Shown here in pieces: positions 1-10,509 of a stretch of 64,000 bases of DNA (position 1 is its first letter; each line of letters starts with the position of its first letter). Below the pieces are notes generated by a model. The model was not told the origin of the DNA. It did no database searches and saw only the letters and a program-made list of their open reading frames with translations. Position numbers and translations under genes: made by a program. This DNA comes from a phage, in the NCBI GenBank assembly GCA_033580375.1, contig GCA_033580375.1_4527.1; one strand, written 5' to 3'.

Positions 1-269
1 ATTGCTTCACTTGTAATTTTTTCAACAATTCCTGTAGGAATAAATTTAGCAAATTGTGTTTCTGGAATAGAATTTTCTTCCAAGAAAGCAGTTGTTGCTT
101 CTAAATAAGACATACCAAATTGTTCAACCATGGATTCGATAATGAATCCGTTTTCTTGACGGTCAAGCAATTTAGCGATATCATCTTTATCGTGTTTTAC
201 TGCTAATTCTTGTTCAGATAAACCGGTCTCATCAACCGGTTTAATATCACTTAGTGAAAACTGTGTCAT
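1..269 (-). CDS. 33: Late-transcription accessory protein gp33, partial (N-terminal ~89 aa in window; C-terminus beyond window start)
   Basis: Hand translation of minus strand from ATG near 269: MTQFSLSDIKPVDETGLSEQELAVKHDK...SIPETQFAKFIP..., resembles remembered T4 gp33; position downstream of dsbA as in T4. Not in ORF track because truncated by window edge. Confidence 0.55.
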   Translation of the reverse strand, partial: MTQFSLSDIKPVDETGLSEQELAVKHDKDDIAKLLDRQENGFIIESMVEQFGMSYLEATTAFLEENSIPETQFAKFIPTGIVEKITSEA

Positions 270-534
270 AAAGCTCGACTACCTCTTCGTTTTCAGCTTC
301 AAATTGGTCACGAGCATCTTTATGATAAAGAGCTAACAAACGATTAAACATTTTTCCATCGACGCCAAGCTCTTCTTTAGCACGAGTACGAATGTCTTTA
401 ATCAGTTCATTATAACCAGAAATTTTAAGTTTGTTATCAGAAGCTTCTTTGACTAGTTTAGCCAGTTCTTCACCATGCACATCTTGATTAAATTCAACTG
501 CTTCTTTCTTAGCCATGTTTACCTCAGAATTCAT
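247..534 (-). CDS. dsbA: dsDNA-binding protein DsbA (alternative start at Met7 near 516 would give the T4-like 89 aa)
   Basis: 95-aa track ORF between rnh and gene 33, same order as T4; small basic/acidic protein. Assignment mainly positional. Confidence 0.55.
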   Translation of the reverse strand: MNSEVNMAKKEAVEFNQDVHGEELAKLVKEASDNKLKISGYNELIKDIRTRAKEELGVDGKMFNRLLALYHKDARDQFEAENEEVVELYDTVFTK

Positions 535-1441
535 TAATTACACTTGTTAATTTAGAAAGTCCAGATTTTACAAAGTACGAATAAATCTTGCCTTTAGGTT
601 GTGGTTTATATGAGTTATAATACTCTATAATGGTTGAAGCAATATTATCAGGGATATAATCAAAATCAATGAGAATCAAATTTTCTTGATACCGTTTATA
701 TTCTTCTGCACTTAATAATACTTCAGCTTGAGAACGGTCATTGGCAATTGCTTCAATAATTGATGTTTTCATGCTTGGAGTTCGTTCACCATCAACTCTG
801 GTAAACCAGAAGTCGCCACGAACTCGAACAGATGCAACACCATCTTTACGGTCGCCTTTAAGAATTTTAGTCATGCAATCAATTTCAGCAGAACCATTCT
901 TAATTTTAACCCATTTTTTCTGCGGTGGCGACCACTGTTTAACGTTAGGGTATTTGTGTAATTGTGTAAAGTCACCATCTGATGCAACAATACACACCTT
1001 ATGACCAGCTAATGACAAATATTTAGTTAATACACCGATATGGTCATCCGCTTCGTATTTGTCAATATCCATTACAACGTATGGCATATATTTCTTAATC
1101 TCATCAACGACTTGATGGAGTGCAGTAAAATATCCTTCCCAATCCCACTTTGAAGCTTCACGATCAGTTTTACGATTTTTCTTGTAATAGTAAGCAAAGT
1201 CGCGTCGCCAATACCCAGAAGTAGCGTTATCCATGCACAATACAAATTTTGTATAACCTTGCTTACGGAACATCACTACGTTTTTACGAATTGAATTCAA
1301 GACCACATGGCGAACCATCGGAACAGTAATTTTATCACCGTCTTCAAAGTTGTTTAATGCAGCTGCCAATGCAATGTTACTAAAGTCGGCAAGTGCAATA
1401 CCTTCTTTGTAATCTTCATCCAACATCATTTCTAAATCCAT
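524..1441 (-). CDS. rnh: RNase H / 5'-3' exonuclease (FEN family)
   Basis: 305 aa, same length as T4 RNase H; N-terminus MDLEMMLDEDYKEGI..., motifs KYEADDHIGVL, SDGDFTQLHKYPNVKQWSP, C-terminus KIYSYFVK.GLSKLT..INEF align with remembered T4 Rnh. Confidence 0.9.
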   Translation of the reverse strand: MDLEMMLDEDYKEGIALADFSNIALAAALNNFEDGDKITVPMVRHVVLNSIRKNVVMFRKQGYTKFVLCMDNATSGYWRRDFAYYYKKNRKTDREASKWDWEGYFTALHQVVDEIKKYMPYVVMDIDKYEADDHIGVLTKYLSLAGHKVCIVASDGDFTQLHKYPNVKQWSPPQKKWVKIKNGSAEIDCMTKILKGDRKDGVASVRVRGDFWFTRVDGERTPSMKTSIIEAIANDRSQAEVLLSAEEYKRYQENLILIDFDYIPDNIASTIIEYYNSYKPQPKGKIYSYFVKSGLSKLTSVINEF

Positions 1442-1519
1442 ATGAACCTCTTGTTCAGTTAGTCAACTTGGACCATAGTAACATACTAGTTCGAAAGCGT
1501 AAATAGTCTTTTACTCATT

Positions 1520-1527
1520 TATAAATA
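1520..1527 (+). promoter_or_regulatory. T4-type late promoter (TATAAATA) upstream of gene 34
   Basis: Exact TATAAATA about 35 nt upstream of the gene 34 ATG; gp55-dependent late promoter consensus. Confidence 0.55.
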
Positions 1528-1561
1528 GTAAAATAGAACACATGATGATAAGAGGACTACC

Positions 1562-4500
1562 ATGGTTGACATCAAACGTAAGTTCAGGGCCGAAGATGGT
1601 CTTGACGCAGGCGGTGATAAGATAGTTAACGTTGCGCTTGCTGACCGCACAGTTGGCACCGATGGCGTGAACGTTGACTTTTTGGTGCAAGAAAACACCG
1701 TACAGAATTATGACGAGACGCGCGCGTATACAAAAGATTTTATTGTTCTTTATGATAATCGTTTTTATCAAGCTTTAAACGATATTCCAGCTCCGGCAGG
1801 CCCTTTCTCTTTGGCTAAATGGAAGGCAACTCGTACAGATGCAGAATGGATTACAGTTCAAGGCGGAGATTTCCAATTATCAGTAGGTAACTCTATCGCG
1901 GTTGATACTTCAGCTGGCACTGATATTAATTTCACTTTGCCTCAAAATCCTTTAGATGGCGATACAGTTATTTTGTCTGATATTGGTGGTAGAGTAGGCT
2001 ATGTAAAAGTTCAAATTACTGCAGAGGCTCAAAGTATTGTAAACTTTAGAGGACAACAGGTTCGTTCAGTTTTAATGACGCACCCAAAATCTAAAATGGT
2101 CTTCATTTTTAGCAACCGCCTATGGCAAATGTATGTTTCTGATTACGAACGTAATGCAGTCACAGTAACTCCTGCTAAGCCATATCAGGCGCAACCTAAT
2201 GATTTTATCATTCGACGTTTTACATCAGCCGCTCCTATTAATATTACATTGCCTCGTAATGCTAATAATGGCGATATTATTAATTTAGTTGATTTAGACA
2301 AATTAAACCCATTATATCACACAATTGTCAAAACTTACGATGATACAACTTCTATACGAGAAGCTGGTGTTCATGTAGCAGAAGGACGTAATACTGCGGA
2401 AGCATTCTTTGTTTATGATTCTGCTAATAGCTTATGGCGTGTTTGGGAAGGTGACCAGAAATCTCGTTTACGTATAGTTCGTAATGATACTGATTTACGC
2501 CCTAATGAAGAAGTTCTTGTTTTTGGAACTAATAATGATACAATCTCAACGGTAAATCTTACTTTGCCTACAGATATTTTGTCTGGTGATACTGTTAAAA
2601 TATCGTTGAATTATATGCGTAAAGGGCAAACTGTAAAAATTAAAGCTGCTGAAGGCGATACAATTGCTAGCAGTATTTCTTTATTACAGTTCCCAAAACG
2701 TTCGGAGTATCCACCTGATGCACAATGGGTTTCTGTTAGTGAGCTGGAATTTAATGGTGATACTTCGTATGTACCTGTACTTGAGTTAGCTTATATAGAA
2801 GATTATTCATCTGAAACAAAATATTGGGTAGTTCAACAAAACACCGTAACCGTCGAACGAGTCGATGCATCGAGCAATACCACTCGAGCTCGTTTAGGTG
2901 TTATTGCTCTTGCTTCTCAAGCGCAAGCAAATGTCGATTTAGAAAATGCTCCTGGTAAAGAACTGGCTATTACTCCGGAAACATTAGCAAATCGTACAGC
3001 AACTGAAACTCGTCGTGGTATTGCTCGTATTGCAACAACTGCACAAGTTAACCAGAATACCGATTTTGCATTCCAAGACGACTTGATTATTTCTCCTAAG
3101 AAATTGAACGAACGTACAGCAACTGAAACCCGTAGAGGTGTTGCTGAAGTTGCAACTCAGGCTGAAACTAATGCTGGCACAGATGATACCACTATTATTA
3201 CTCCTAAGAAATTGGATGCCCGTCAAGGTTCTGAAGTTTTATCTGGTATTGTAAAATACACATCTACGACTGGTACTACAGCTGCTACTATTCGTGGTAA
3301 TGCTGGGACTAACGTTTATAACAAAGCCGTAGATAATTTAACTATTTCTCCAAAGGCTCTTGACCAGTATAAAGCTACCCCTACTCAACAGGGCGCAGTA
3401 ATTCTTGCTATTGAAAGTGAAGTTATCGCTGGCGAATCACAAGCCGGTTGGGCTAATGCTGTAGTGACCCCTGAAACTCTGCATAAGAAAACTTCTACTG
3501 ATGGACGTATTGGTTTAATTGAAATTGCTACGCAAGCAGAAACTAACACTGGAACTGATTATACTAGAGCAGTAACGCCTAAGACGTTAAATGATAGGAA
3601 AGCTACGGAAGGATTATCCGGCATAGCCGAAATTGCTACGCAAGTTGAATTTGATACTGGAACTGACGATACTCGTATCTCGTCTCCACTGAAAATTAAA
3701 ACTCATTTTGATTCTTCTGACCGTACCAGTGTTAATTCTGATTCCGGACTTATTGAAGAAGGAACCTTGTGGAACCATTATACTCTTGATATTTCTAAAG
3801 CAAATGAAACACAACGTGGTACACTTCGTGTAGCGACCCAAGCAGAATCTAATGCAGGAACTTTAGATGATGTTCTTATTACTCCTAAAAAGCTTTTAGG
3901 GACTAAGTCCACTGAAACGTCTGAAGGCGTGATTAAGGTTGCTACTCAGGCTGAAACTGTAACAGGAACTTCTGCTAATACTGCTGTATCTCCTAAGAAT
4001 TTAAAATGGATTGTCCAGAATGAACCAACATGGGCTGCTACTACTGCAATAAGAGGTTTTGTTAAAACTTCATCTGGTTCAATCACATTCGTTGGTAATG
4101 ATACAGTTGGTTCAACACAACCTTTAGAATCATATGAAAAAAATAGCTATGCTATATCTCCATATGAATTAAACCGTGTACTTGCTAACTATTTGCCATT
4201 GAAAGCTAAAGCCGTAGATAGTAATCTGTTAGATGGTCTAGATTCTCTTCAGTTCATCCGTAGAGACATCGACCAGACGGTTAATGGTTCTTTAAGTCTT
4301 ACTAAACAGACCAACCTGAGTGCTCCTTTAGTATCTACAAGCACTGCTTCTTTTGGGTCCGAAGCATCTGTTACTCGTAGATTAACTCTTAATGACTCTA
4401 GCGGTTCTGAAATAGTTTTCACTAAAGGAACCCAATCTCTTAGTAATAAAGAGAATTTCGTTGTTAGAGCATGGGGTAATAGCGCTACAGATGGTGCCCG

Positions 4501-5395
4501 TGATACAATATTTGAAGCTGGTGACGAAACCGGATACCATTTCTATTCTCAGCGCGCTTCTGATAATAAAGTATCATTTAATATTAATGGAACGCTTTAT
4601 TCAACAGGTATTGTTTCTACAAATGGATTAAATGTTACAGGTGTTTCTACCTTTACCGGGCCTATTAGTGCTACAGGTGAAATTGTTTCTAGTTCTCCTA
4701 TTGCATTCAGAGCTATTAACGGTAACTATGGTGTTATGCTTTATAATGCTGGTGACAGTTCTTATATTGCATTAACTAACTCAGGTGACCAGACCGGGAC
4801 GTTTAATAACTTACGCCCGATCACGATTAACAATGCCACAGGCTTAGTTCGTCTTGACAATGGTGTTCAAATCACAAGTGGTGCAACAATAACTACCGGT
4901 GGGTTAACTGTAAATAACAGAATTATTTCTAACGGCGTTAAAACTGCCACTGTTTATACCGATAAACCAACAGCTTCTACTGTAGGTTTTTGGTCTATTG
5001 ACATTAACGATTCTGCTGTATATAGCCAATTCCCTGGTTACTGGACGCGTGATAACAAAGGTAACCGTGACCAAGAAATTAAATATCCTGGTACTTTGAC
5101 TCAATTTGGTAATAGCTTAGATTCGCTTTATCAGGATTGGATTTGTTATCCTACAGGTGCAAATGGTGGTAGTATTCGTTATACTCGTACATGGCAGAAA
5201 AATAAAGATGCTTGGACCTCATTTGCAATGGTATTTGATAGTGGCAACCCACCTTCACCTAGCGATGTCGGTGCTATCCCATCTGATAATGCTGTGATTG
5301 GAAACCTTACTGTTCGAGACTTCTTACAATTAGGAAATGTGAGAATTGTTCCAGACCCGGTTAACAAAACAGTTAAATTTATATGGGTTGAATAA
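1562..5395 (+). CDS. 34: Long tail fibre proximal subunit gp34
   Basis: 1277 aa (T4 gp34 1289 aa); first gene of late tail-fibre operon after rnh; contains repeated ~40-aa motifs typical of gp34. Confidence 0.9.
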   Translation: MVDIKRKFRAEDGLDAGGDKIVNVALADRTVGTDGVNVDFLVQENTVQNYDETRAYTKDFIVLYDNRFYQALNDIPAPAGPFSLAKWKATRTDAEWITVQGGDFQLSVGNSIAVDTSAGTDINFTLPQNPLDGDTVILSDIGGRVGYVKVQITAEAQSIVNFRGQQVRSVLMTHPKSKMVFIFSNRLWQMYVSDYERNAVTVTPAKPYQAQPNDFIIRRFTSAAPINITLPRNANNGDIINLVDLDKLNPLYHTIVKTYDDTTSIREAGVHVAEGRNTAEAFFVYDSANSLWRVWEGDQKSRLRIVRNDTDLRPNEEVLVFGTNNDTISTVNLTLPTDILSGDTVKISLNYMRKGQTVKIKAAEGDTIASSISLLQFPKRSEYPPDAQWVSVSELEFNGDTSYVPVLELAYIEDYSSETKYWVVQQNTVTVERVDASSNTTRARLGVIALASQAQANVDLENAPGKELAITPETLANRTATETRRGIARIATTAQVNQNTDFAFQDDLIISPKKLNERTATETRRGVAEVATQAETNAGTDDTTIITPKKLDARQGSEVLSGIVKYTSTTGTTAATIRGNAGTNVYNKAVDNLTISPKALDQYKATPTQQGAVILAIESEVIAGESQAGWANAVVTPETLHKKTSTDGRIGLIEIATQAETNTGTDYTRAVTPKTLNDRKATEGLSGIAEIATQVEFDTGTDDTRISSPLKIKTHFDSSDRTSVNSDSGLIEEGTLWNHYTLDISKANETQRGTLRVATQAESNAGTLDDVLITPKKLLGTKSTETSEGVIKVATQAETVTGTSANTAVSPKNLKWIVQNEPTWAATTAIRGFVKTSSGSITFVGNDTVGSTQPLESYEKNSYAISPYELNRVLANYLPLKAKAVDSNLLDGLDSLQFIRRDIDQTVNGSLSLTKQTNLSAPLVSTSTASFGSEASVTRRLTLNDSSGSEIVFTKGTQSLSNKENFVVRAWGNSATDGARDTIFEAGDETGYHFYSQRASDNKVSFNINGTLYSTGIVSTNGLNVTGVSTFTGPISATGEIVSSSPIAFRAINGNYGVMLYNAGDSSYIALTNSGDQTGTFNNLRPITINNATGLVRLDNGVQITSGATITTGGLTVNNRIISNGVKTATVYTDKPTASTVGFWSIDINDSAVYSQFPGYWTRDNKGNRDQEIKYPGTLTQFGNSLDSLYQDWICYPTGANGGSIRYTRTWQKNKDAWTSFAMVFDSGNPPSPSDVGAIPSDNAVIGNLTVRDFLQLGNVRIVPDPVNKTVKFIWVE
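2950..4010 (+). repeat. Tandem in-frame protein repeats within gp34 (about 8 units of ...TPK.L...(A/S)TE...G....ATQAE...GTD...)
   Basis: Repeated peptide motif visible in translation (e.g. RTATETRRGIARIATTAQ... / RTATETRRGVAEVATQAETNAGTDDTTIITPKKL / TQRGTLRVATQAESNAGTLDDVLITPKKL / TSEGVIKVATQAETVTGTSANTAVSPKNL). Confidence 0.6.
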
Positions 5396-5403
5396 GAGGT
5401 TAT

Positions 5404-6528
5404 ATGGAAAAATTTATGGCAAGGTTTGGACAGGGATACGTCCAAACGCCGTTTTTATCGGAAAGCAATTCAGTTAGATTTAAGCTAAGTATAGCGGGTT
5501 CATGCCCGCTTTCAACAACTAATCCGTATATTTTGTTCCAAAATGAGCCTTTAGGGTTGCAGTCTTTTGGTATTGGACTAAATGTTAGGGTAATAAATCC
5601 GGAAAATGGAACTATAGTTGATAGTAAATTATACAATTTTGCGCCTACAAATAATGCAACTTCAGCTGCATTTATTTCGTTTGTTAATACATACGCAGAT
5701 AATTTCATTTTCGCATTTATTTCTAATAACAAATTTAATTTGCCACCAGAAATAATTGAATGGTTTAAAGCTGCTGGGAGTTCAGTTATACCGTCAATTG
5801 AAGTTGCTAGTCTTGTTGATATTTCATATTCAGCGTTTTATGTTTCAGGTAAAAATACTATTGCATTGGAACACATAAAATACAGTAATAAGAAAACAAT
5901 TTCTGATTACTCAACTCCATTAGATATTGTATATGACTCTATTGCTGATATAGGTGCTACCGGCTATCCTAGACGTACATACGAAGCTCTAGAAACGTTT
6001 TTATCTCCTGTTGGAGGAACTAACAATGAAATAAAAAGGGTGCCTACATCATCCCTTGTTACTCCTATCGCAAACTATGGATTAAAGCCTACAGATTTTC
6101 TTTATTTGAAATTTCAATTAATGGCTGATGAAGCATTACTAGAGGAAGGAACCACAAGACTTTCAATTCGTTTCTTTAAGTCTCCATCTAGCTCTCCTAT
6201 ATCGTCTAAAGATATAAACTTTGACGGAACTGCTGGGGTGTGGAAGCTGTATGAAGAATACGTTGAAATACCAGCTGAAGCCGATGGTTTTACAGTATAT
6301 TGTTACCGTACGGCCCCAGTCGGTCAAGGTGGACTAAGAAATGTTATTTTCACTGAAGTATCATGTAACGGAAGTATAGCAAAACCTGCCGAGTTTGGCC
6401 TAAATGGTATTCGTGCTAATTACATCGATGAATCATTAACCGGTAATGATATAATGGACTTGCCTACTCAGTTATCTAACGACACGGGTAAGGTATTTGG
6501 GCAGGAATTTAAAGAGTACACAGAATAA
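5404..6528 (+). CDS. 35: Long tail fibre hinge connector gp35
   Basis: 374 aa (T4 gp35 372 aa), directly follows gene 34 with RBS AAGAGG. Confidence 0.8.
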   Translation: MEKFMARFGQGYVQTPFLSESNSVRFKLSIAGSCPLSTTNPYILFQNEPLGLQSFGIGLNVRVINPENGTIVDSKLYNFAPTNNATSAAFISFVNTYADNFIFAFISNNKFNLPPEIIEWFKAAGSSVIPSIEVASLVDISYSAFYVSGKNTIALEHIKYSNKKTISDYSTPLDIVYDSIADIGATGYPRRTYEALETFLSPVGGTNNEIKRVPTSSLVTPIANYGLKPTDFLYLKFQLMADEALLEEGTTRLSIRFFKSPSSSPISSKDINFDGTAGVWKLYEEYVEIPAEADGFTVYCYRTAPVGQGGLRNVIFTEVSCNGSIAKPAEFGLNGIRANYIDESLTGNDIMDLPTQLSNDTGKVFGQEFKEYTE

Positions 6529-6529
6529 A

Positions 6530-6549
6530 GGAGACTTCGGTCTCCTTTT
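6530..6549 (+). terminator. Intrinsic terminator-like hairpin (GGAGAC-UUCG-GUCUCC + U-tract) after gene 35
   Basis: Perfect 6-bp stem with UUCG tetraloop followed by TTTT immediately after gene 35 stop. Confidence 0.5.
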
Positions 6550-6553
6550 CGCG

Positions 6554-6561
6554 TATAAATA
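6554..6561 (+). promoter_or_regulatory. T4-type late promoter (TATAAATA) upstream of gene 36
   Basis: TATAAATA about 27 nt upstream of the gene 36 ATG, followed by RBS AAGGAG. Confidence 0.55.
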
Positions 6562-6587
6562 CTTTAATATTAATAAGGAGACACGAA

Positions 6588-7244
6588 ATGGCCGATTTAA
6601 AAGCCGGAAGTACAGTTGGTGGTTCCGTCATATGGCATCAAGGCAATTTTCCTTTAATGCCAGCTGGCGATGACATCCTATATAAAACATTTAAATTATA
6701 CACTGAATATAACAAGCCAAAAGCGGCTGATAACGATTTCGTATCTAAAGCAAACGGCGGGACATATCTCAAAAAGGTAATCTTTAACGAAGGTGTTGCA
6801 GTCAAAACAGCAGATGACCAAACGAATGGTATTTTTTCTGGTGGTGGTGACGCCGCGACATTCGACCAAACAAACATGGATATTGTTTCGTGGTATGGTA
6901 TTGGGTTTAAATCATCTCAAGGTACCGGTGAAAGAACTGTTGTAATTGATACTCGCACCGGTAATATAAGTTCTAAAGGCGTTATTGAAGCATCTCAATT
7001 CAGAGCCACAACGTTAGCACCTTTAAATAATTACGACCTTACTCGCAAAGATTATGTTGATAGTCAAATAAATACAGTTAATGCTAATGCAAACAGTCGT
7101 GTACTCCGTTCAGGAGATACAATGACCGGTGCGCTAACCGCCCCAAACTTTTTCTCACAGAATCCTGCATCTCAACCCTCGCATGTTCCGCGATTTGACC
7201 AAATTGTTATTAAGGATTCTGTTCAAGATTTCGGCTATTATTAA
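6588..7244 (+). CDS. 36: Long tail fibre distal connector gp36
   Basis: 218 aa (T4 gp36 221 aa), position between 35 and 37. Confidence 0.8.
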   Translation: MADLKAGSTVGGSVIWHQGNFPLMPAGDDILYKTFKLYTEYNKPKAADNDFVSKANGGTYLKKVIFNEGVAVKTADDQTNGIFSGGGDAATFDQTNMDIVSWYGIGFKSSQGTGERTVVIDTRTGNISSKGVIEASQFRATTLAPLNNYDLTRKDYVDSQINTVNANANSRVLRSGDTMTGALTAPNFFSQNPASQPSHVPRFDQIVIKDSVQDFGYY

Positions 7245-7252
7245 GAGGACTT

Positions 7253-10200
7253 ATGGCTACTTTAAAACAAATACAATTTAAAAGAAGCAAAACCGCAGGC
7301 GCACGTCCTGCCGCTTCAGTATTAGCCGAAGGTGAATTGGCTATAAACTTAAAAGACCGTGTACTTTTTACCAAAGATGACCAAGGAAATATTATTGATC
7401 TTGGTTTTGCTAAAGGCGGTAGTATTGACGGGAATGTTATTCACACAGGTAATTATAACCAAACTGGCGATTATACTTTAAATGGCACCTTCACTCAGAC
7501 AGGTAATTTTAATTTAACTGGTATTGCTCGAGTAACTCGTGATGTTATTGCCGCCGGGCAGATTATGACTGAAGGCGGAGAACTTATTACAAAAAGTTCA
7601 GGTACAGCACATGTTCGTTTTTTCGATAACAATAGTCGCGAACGTGGAATCATTTATGCCCCGGCTAATGATGGTTTAACTACACAAGTACTTAATATCA
7701 GGGTTCAAGACTACGCCGCTGGTGATGAAAGCACCTATGCATTTTCGGGCAGTGGACTATTTACTTCACCTGAAGTATCAGCATGGAAATCTATTTCGTC
7801 TCCACAAATTCTGACCGATAAAGTTATTACAAATGGGAAGAAGACGGGCGATTATGATATCTATTCATTATCAAATAACACTCCATTGGCAGAAAGCGAA
7901 ACGGCTATTAACCACCTCCGTGTTATGCGAAATGCTGTAGGAGCAGGTATTTTCCACGAAGTTAATGTTAATGACGGAATAACCTGGTATTCCGGAGATG
8001 GCTTAGACACTTATCTTTGGTCGTTTACCTGGTCCGGTGGATTGAAAGCCGGTCATTCTATCGCTGTAGGTCTTCCAGGCGGTCCAAAAGGATATTCTGA
8101 ATTAGGAACGGCCTCAATTGTTCTTGGTGATAATGATACCGGATTTAAGTGGCATCAGGATGGATATTTCCATACAGTAAACAACGGAACAAAAACTTTC
8201 ATTTACGGTCCTGCGGAAACACAAAGCCTTAGAAAAATGGTTATGGGTTATTCTCCAGATGGGCTTCTTATGACAACGCCACCGACAGAAAACTATGCTT
8301 TGGCCACTGTTGTTACTTACCATGATAATAACGCATACGGCGACGGTCAGACTCTTTTAGGATATTATCAAGGCGGTAATTATCATCACTATTTCCGCGG
8401 TAAAGGTACTACAAACATTAATACTCACGGCGGTTTGTTAGTTACTCCAGGTAATATTGATGTTATTGGCGGTTCTGTTAATATAGATGGTAGAAATAAT
8501 TCTTCTACACTAATGTTTAGAGGCAACACAACAGGATACAGCTCGGTTGATAATATGGATATTAAAGTTTGGGGTAATACGTTTGTTGATCCAAGCGGAG
8601 GTATCCGTAAAAACATTATGGAAATTTCTGATGCAACTAGCTGGATGAGCTATATTCAAAGACTTACTACTGGCGAAGTAGAAATGAACGTTAATGGTTC
8701 ATTTGAATCATCTGGTGTTACTGCTGGAGATAGAGGAGTTCACACAACAGGTGAAATTTCATCTGGAGCAGTGAATGCTCTTCGCATTTGGAATGCAGAT
8801 TATGGAGCCATTTTTAGACGTTCAGAAGGAAGTCTTCATATTATTCCAACTGCTTACGGTGAAGGTAAACACGGTGATATCGGTCCACTTCGCCCGTTTA
8901 GTATGGCTTTAGATACCGGTAAAGTTACTATTCCGGATTTACAATCAAGTTACAATACGTTCGCTGCTAACGGTTATATTAAATTTGTTGGTCATGGAGC
9001 GGGTGCCGGTGGTTATGACATTCAATATTCTCAAGCGGCTCCTATTTTCCAGGAAATCGATGATGATGCTGTAAGCAAATATTATCCTATTGTTAAACAG
9101 AAGTTTTTAAACGGTAAATGCGTTTGGTCTTTAGGTACTGAAATTAATTCGGGTACATTCGTTATTCATCATCTGAAAGAAGATGGTTCACAAGGCCATA
9201 CGTCTCGTTTTAATCAAGACGGTACTGTTAACTTCCCAGATAACGTTTCTGTCGGCGGCGGTGAAGCTACTATTGCTCGTAATGGTAACATCTGGTCTGA
9301 TATCTGGAAAACGTTTACTTCAGCAGGCGACGTAACTAATATTCGCGATGCTATTGCTACTCGCGTTGCCAAAGAAGGCGACACGATGACCGGCACTCTT
9401 TGGATTAATAAAGATGCCGCTGGAATAGTTCTTAATCCTCCTTTGACCAGTGATTCATCATTTATTCGTTCTGATACGGCCGGGGCCAATAATTGGTATA
9501 TTGGTAAAGGCGGTGCCGACAATGGTCTAGGTTTTTACAGTTACATTACACAAGGCGGTGTATACATAACAAATACCGGTGAAATATCGCTTTCTCCTCA
9601 AGGACAAGGAACATTTAATTTTAATAGAGACCGCCTTTATATAAATGCTAGTCAATGGGTTGCACATAAATCTGGCGCTTGGGGCGACCAATGGGGCTTA
9701 GAAGCTCCTGTATTTGTGGATTTTGGCTACGTCGGTAATGATAGTTATTATCCTATTATTAAAGGAAAATCTGTTATTACGAATGAAGGATACGTGTCAG
9801 GCGTTGATTTTGGTATGCGCCGTACCCCTAATATGTGGGCACAAGGTATTATCCGTGTAGGCAACCAGGAAAACGGTTCAGACCCACAAGCCATCTATGA
9901 ATTCCACAGTAACGGTACTTTTTATGCCCCTAGCCTACTTAAGAGCAACAGAGTATCAGCAGGTGGCGGTGACCCCGTATGGGCCGGGCCATGTATTGTT
10001 CTTGGCGATAATGACACAGGTCTAGTTTGGGAAGCAGATGGTATTTTCAACGCATATGCAAACGGACAAGGTGTATTCAGTTTTAGAGCCGGTCTCGCAC
10101 AAACATTTGGTAACGTAGCGTTAAACGTTAACGCAGGTATGTATGTTCGTGATAACATTGATGTTAACGACGTTTATATCCGTTCTGATATTCGCTGTAA

Positions 10201-10504
10201 GTCAGAAATTAAGCTTATTAAGAACGCTCAAGAGAAATCTAAACTCTTAGGCGGCTATACTTATCTGCTTAAAAACTCTGTTACAGACGAAGTTAAACCA
10301 TCTGCAGGTTTAATTGCTCAGGAAGTTCAAGAAGTATTGCCTGAACTTGTTTCTGAAGATAAAGAGACCGGACTGCTTCGTTTGAACTATAACGGTATTA
10401 TTGGTTTAAATACTGCCACTATCAACGAGCATACTGACGAAATCAAGGAATTGAAATCTGAAATTGCTGAGTTGAAAGCATTAATTAAATCATTGATAAA
10501 ATAA
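7253..10504 (+). CDS. 37: Long tail fibre distal subunit gp37 with C-terminal intramolecular chaperone domain
   Basis: 1083 aa; N-terminus MATLKQIQFKRSKTAGARPAASVLAEGELAINLKDR is gp37-like; position and size. Confidence 0.9.
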   Translation: MATLKQIQFKRSKTAGARPAASVLAEGELAINLKDRVLFTKDDQGNIIDLGFAKGGSIDGNVIHTGNYNQTGDYTLNGTFTQTGNFNLTGIARVTRDVIAAGQIMTEGGELITKSSGTAHVRFFDNNSRERGIIYAPANDGLTTQVLNIRVQDYAAGDESTYAFSGSGLFTSPEVSAWKSISSPQILTDKVITNGKKTGDYDIYSLSNNTPLAESETAINHLRVMRNAVGAGIFHEVNVNDGITWYSGDGLDTYLWSFTWSGGLKAGHSIAVGLPGGPKGYSELGTASIVLGDNDTGFKWHQDGYFHTVNNGTKTFIYGPAETQSLRKMVMGYSPDGLLMTTPPTENYALATVVTYHDNNAYGDGQTLLGYYQGGNYHHYFRGKGTTNINTHGGLLVTPGNIDVIGGSVNIDGRNNSSTLMFRGNTTGYSSVDNMDIKVWGNTFVDPSGGIRKNIMEISDATSWMSYIQRLTTGEVEMNVNGSFESSGVTAGDRGVHTTGEISSGAVNALRIWNADYGAIFRRSEGSLHIIPTAYGEGKHGDIGPLRPFSMALDTGKVTIPDLQSSYNTFAANGYIKFVGHGAGAGGYDIQYSQAAPIFQEIDDDAVSKYYPIVKQKFLNGKCVWSLGTEINSGTFVIHHLKEDGSQGHTSRFNQDGTVNFPDNVSVGGGEATIARNGNIWSDIWKTFTSAGDVTNIRDAIATRVAKEGDTMTGTLWINKDAAGIVLNPPLTSDSSFIRSDTAGANNWYIGKGGADNGLGFYSYITQGGVYITNTGEISLSPQGQGTFNFNRDRLYINASQWVAHKSGAWGDQWGLEAPVFVDFGYVGNDSYYPIIKGKSVITNEGYVSGVDFGMRRTPNMWAQGIIRVGNQENGSDPQAIYEFHSNGTFYAPSLLKSNRVSAGGGDPVWAGPCIVLGDNDTGLVWEADGIFNAYANGQGVFSFRAGLAQTFGNVALNVNAGMYVRDNIDVNDVYIRSDIRCKSEIKLIKNAQEKSKLLGGYTYLLKNSVTDEVKPSAGLIAQEVQEVLPELVSEDKETGLLRLNYNGIIGLNTATINEHTDEIKELKSEIAELKALIKSLIK
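10184..10501 (+). other. Peptidase S74-like intramolecular chaperone / autoproteolysis domain at gp37 C-terminus (last ~106 aa)
   Basis: Motif ...DVYIR|SDIRCKSEIKLIK...YTYLLKN...GLIAQEVQEVLPELV...LNYNGIIGLNTATINEHTDEIKELKSEIAELK: Ser-x4-Lys dyad plus IAQEV..V.PE.V core, as in endosialidase/T5 pb1 C-terminal chaperone domains. Confidence 0.6.
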
Positions 10505-10509
10505 TAAAA

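Noticed and set aside
741-1004. 87-aa plus-strand ORF inside rnh
   Set aside because: Antisense to a well-supported gene (RNase H); no RBS; typical spurious frame.
1511-1771. 86-aa minus-strand ORF overlapping the start of gene 34 and its late promoter
   Set aside because: Overlaps promoter and N-terminus of gp34 on the opposite strand; low-complexity hydrophobic translation.
2984-3226. Cys-rich 80-aa antisense ORF within gp34 repeat region
   Set aside because: Produced by repetitive sequence read on the opposite strand; lies wholly inside gene 34.
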